DNA of 64,000 nt from an uncultured cyanobacterium (GTDB lineage Bacteria; Cyanobacteriota; Cyanobacteriia; Cyanobacteriales; Nostocaceae): contig OY970166.1 of NCBI GenBank assembly GCA_963706595.1, positions 608,001 to 672,000 on the forward strand, in the 5' to 3' direction. The first letter of the stretch is position 1. Every line of letters begins with the position of its first letter. Positions 61,778 through 64,000 of the stretch are shown piece by piece. The position numbers and the translations under genes are program-made. The notes under the pieces were generated by a model that saw only the letters and a program-made list of their open reading frames with translations, had not been told where the DNA came from and searched no databases.

Positions 61778-61898
61778 TATTGCTAACCTTGCTGTAAATA
61801 TTCAGTAGATTCACTCCTACTGCATGGGGATAAGTAGCTTGATAATTGCTGCTTACTTATCTCCCATATCTGTTCCTATCATCGGCGGTTACATACCT

Positions 61899-62999
61899 CT
61901 AAAATCCCAAGTTTCTCAAATTATTATTATTTTGAAATCTACCTCTATTCTGTGCTGGTGTTTGAGGAGAATTTGGGGAATTAGGCTGCATCTGTTCAGT
62001 AGGCGATCGCCAGATTAAATTACCATTCTGATCAGCGACAACTGGGGAGATTGGTCTAGCATTATTTGGACTTGGAGGCTCCAGAGAATAGGGCGCAGCA
62101 TTAGTTTCGATACCAGTTTGTATCCCAGAGGTAACAGGTGAGATCACGGGTGTGGGCTGTACAGGGCTAGGTAATGACTGGATGCTATTGACATTATTAA
62201 AAGAGTTTAGCGGTTGGCTATTTGGTATAGCTACAGTTGGTGGAATACCAGTCGCAGCATTGAACCCAGTTTTAGGAGGAGTCTGCATTATTCCACCAGC
62301 AGAAGTTTGACCTAAAGAATTGATTTGATTTGCAGTCTCACCATTTAAAACAGACAAATTTTGCTGACTTGATGGGTTAAGTGGTGATTGAGAAAAACCC
62401 ATTGAGTCAGTATTTTGACTATTGTCGGTTTGATTAACGCCAATACCCGATATTCCTGTTGCTGTTGGTTGAGAAGAAGCTGTCAAAGAGCTGATACCTA
62501 ACGACTGATTACCAATATTAAACGTCCCCGACTGCAATAAATTTTCAGCTTCGGAAACAAAAGGATTCTTCACCGGATTTGGGGAAGTAATATTCAATGT
62601 GCTGAGTTCGGAACTGGATGCTGCACTGTTAGCAGACTGTTGTTTGTTAACTTCCTTGGGTGAATTGTCTTGATTATTAGCCTGAAAAGTTACAGGCGGA
62701 ATAGTCGCGGTGATCGGCAAATTTCCCTGTTCCAAATCCTCAAACAAAGCTGGTAAATTGTCAATATCTGCAACAATAGCTCTATCTTCTGCCGAAAGAT
62801 CAGAATTATCAGACTGGACAGCAGTAACTTCTTCGTTTTGGTTGTAAGTCAAAATATTTGGGTTAAACCAGTATTCCCGAATTACCAGCCCAATCACAGA
62901 TAAAAAAATTGCTGTCACCCAAAAACTAGGTTTGGCTAAATTCAGCAATCTGGCTTTGAAATAACGTAAATAGGCGGGGGGGTAATGACGATTTGGCAT
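61899..62999 (-). CDS. Hypothetical protein, single N-terminal TM and low-complexity S/N/P/Q tail
   Basis: 366-aa ORF; FWVTAIFLSVIGLVI TM segment; EDRAIVADIDNLPAL. Confidence 0.7.
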   Translation of the reverse strand: MPNRHYPPAYLRYFKARLLNLAKPSFWVTAIFLSVIGLVIREYWFNPNILTYNQNEEVTAVQSDNSDLSAEDRAIVADIDNLPALFEDLEQGNLPITATIPPVTFQANNQDNSPKEVNKQQSANSAASSSELSTLNITSPNPVKNPFVSEAENLLQSGTFNIGNQSLGISSLTASSQPTATGISGIGVNQTDNSQNTDSMGFSQSPLNPSSQQNLSVLNGETANQINSLGQTSAGGIMQTPPKTGFNAATGIPPTVAIPNSQPLNSFNNVNSIQSLPSPVQPTPVISPVTSGIQTGIETNAAPYSLEPPSPNNARPISPVVADQNGNLIWRSPTEQMQPNSPNSPQTPAQNRGRFQNNNNLRNLGF

Positions 63000-63101
63000 A
63001 AATAAATATCTATGATCAAGGACTACAATTTACAAGACCTTAGAGCATTTTACCCTGACGGGAGATTTCAATCCTGATCTTGATCAATTCCCCCAACTTA
63101 C

Positions 63102-64000
63102 TCAACGTTCAGCTACGCGCATTAATAAGAATAAGCCAATTCCTAAAAACAGGAAATTGGGTAGCCAAGCGCCCAAGAAGGGAGAGACAACACCAGCTTG
63201 TCCCATTGCGCCACTAATAAAGAAAATTAAATAATAAGTAAAAATTACTATGACACTTATCCCAAAACTTGTGCCTCTGCCGCTACGCTGAGGTCTGCTA
63301 CCCATAGCTGCACCTACCAAGCCAAAGACTACACAAACAAATGGCAAAGAAAATTTTTGTTGGATACGTACTTGCAGTTTCCGAATTTTTTGCCTATCGC
63401 CACCGATACGTTCTATTTCTAATTGTTCTAAAGATTCGCTAATATTCATTTCGCCGTAATCTCGGCTTCTTTCTACCAAATTTAATGGTGTGCGAGGCAG
63501 TTGCAGTTGTTGGTGTTCAAACCGTAAAATGTTGCGATATGAACGGTCAGGAGCTACTAAATAAACTGTCCCGTTGTAAAAATCCCAAACGTTGTCAGAA
63601 GCATTCCACTCAGCAGATTCTGATACCACAATTTGATTTAAACCTTCCGTGGTGCGGTCTATGATTGTTAAACCATTCATTTGTTTACCATCAAACTTGT
63701 CAGCATAAAATAAGCGTGACAATATCCTGTCTTTGCTACCATCTGGCTGTTCAATATCTCGGTATTCGGGATAAAAGATATTTGACTGTTGAAAAGTGGG
63801 TTTATTTGACTTGAGGGCTTTATCCAGGGTCATTGTTGCTTGGTAATTTGCGGCTGGTGCTATTTGTTCATTAAAGACAAATGTCATCGTTGTCACCACC
63901 AAACTCAACATCACAGCCGTTAGCACCATGCGATAGACACTTACCCCACAGCCACGCATCGCAATTAGTTCGCTCTCGCCCGAAAGACGACTATAAGTCA
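63102..64000 (-). CDS. LptF/LptG (YjgP/YjgQ) LPS export permease; 5' end outside window
   Basis: Frame open to the edge (TYSRLSGESELIAMRGCGVS...), FNEQIAP, KFSLPFVC, LGAWLPN. Confidence 0.92.
   Translation of the reverse strand, partial: TYSRLSGESELIAMRGCGVSVYRMVLTAVMLSLVVTTMTFVFNEQIAPAANYQATMTLDKALKSNKPTFQQSNIFYPEYRDIEQPDGSKDRILSRLFYADKFDGKQMNGLTIIDRTTEGLNQIVVSESAEWNASDNVWDFYNGTVYLVAPDRSYRNILRFEHQQLQLPRTPLNLVERSRDYGEMNISESLEQLEIERIGGDRQKIRKLQVRIQQKFSLPFVCVVFGLVGAAMGSRPQRSGRGTSFGISVIVIFTYYLIFFISGAMGQAGVVSPFLGAWLPNFLFLGIGLFLLMRVAER

Overview
A 64-kb window from a filamentous cyanobacterium, very likely Nostocales: HIP1 GCGATCGC octamers are frequent, there are heptamer STRR tracts, and gene order resembles Nostoc/Anabaena. 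Most of it is core or housekeeping DNA: egtD end, pyrD, isoaspartyl peptidase, glmU, an HD-GYP regulator, psbA (D1, Q130), crhC, tamB, a bicA-Na+/H+ antiporter-mrp cluster, glk, a TRAP transporter, pyrFE, a pyrC-like gene, era, a carotenoid oxygenase and lptF/G. Intergenic spacers are full of miniature repeats (MITE-, REP- and SDR-like). The standout accessory locus is a two-gene operon at 37826-41237 (minus strand). A 124-aa protein with a hydrophobic Gly/Ala core (EACC1-like by inference) is coupled to a 1010-aa CHAT caspase-like protease / NB-ARC STAND NTPase / FGE-sulfatase (C-type lectin fold) protein. Its last 43 codons look like a diversity-generating retroelement (DGR) variable region, so this is a candidate hypervariable NLR-like immune or cell-death module. 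A second candidate is a GC-rich, highly pairable leader holding a 44-codon small ORF upstream of bicA. Four conserved genes (GAF sensor, psbA, tamB, mrpB) each carry a single +1 insertion, most likely sequencing error. No rRNA, tRNA, CRISPR array, transposase or reverse transcriptase was recognised. All family calls come from motif recognition by eye, not database searches.
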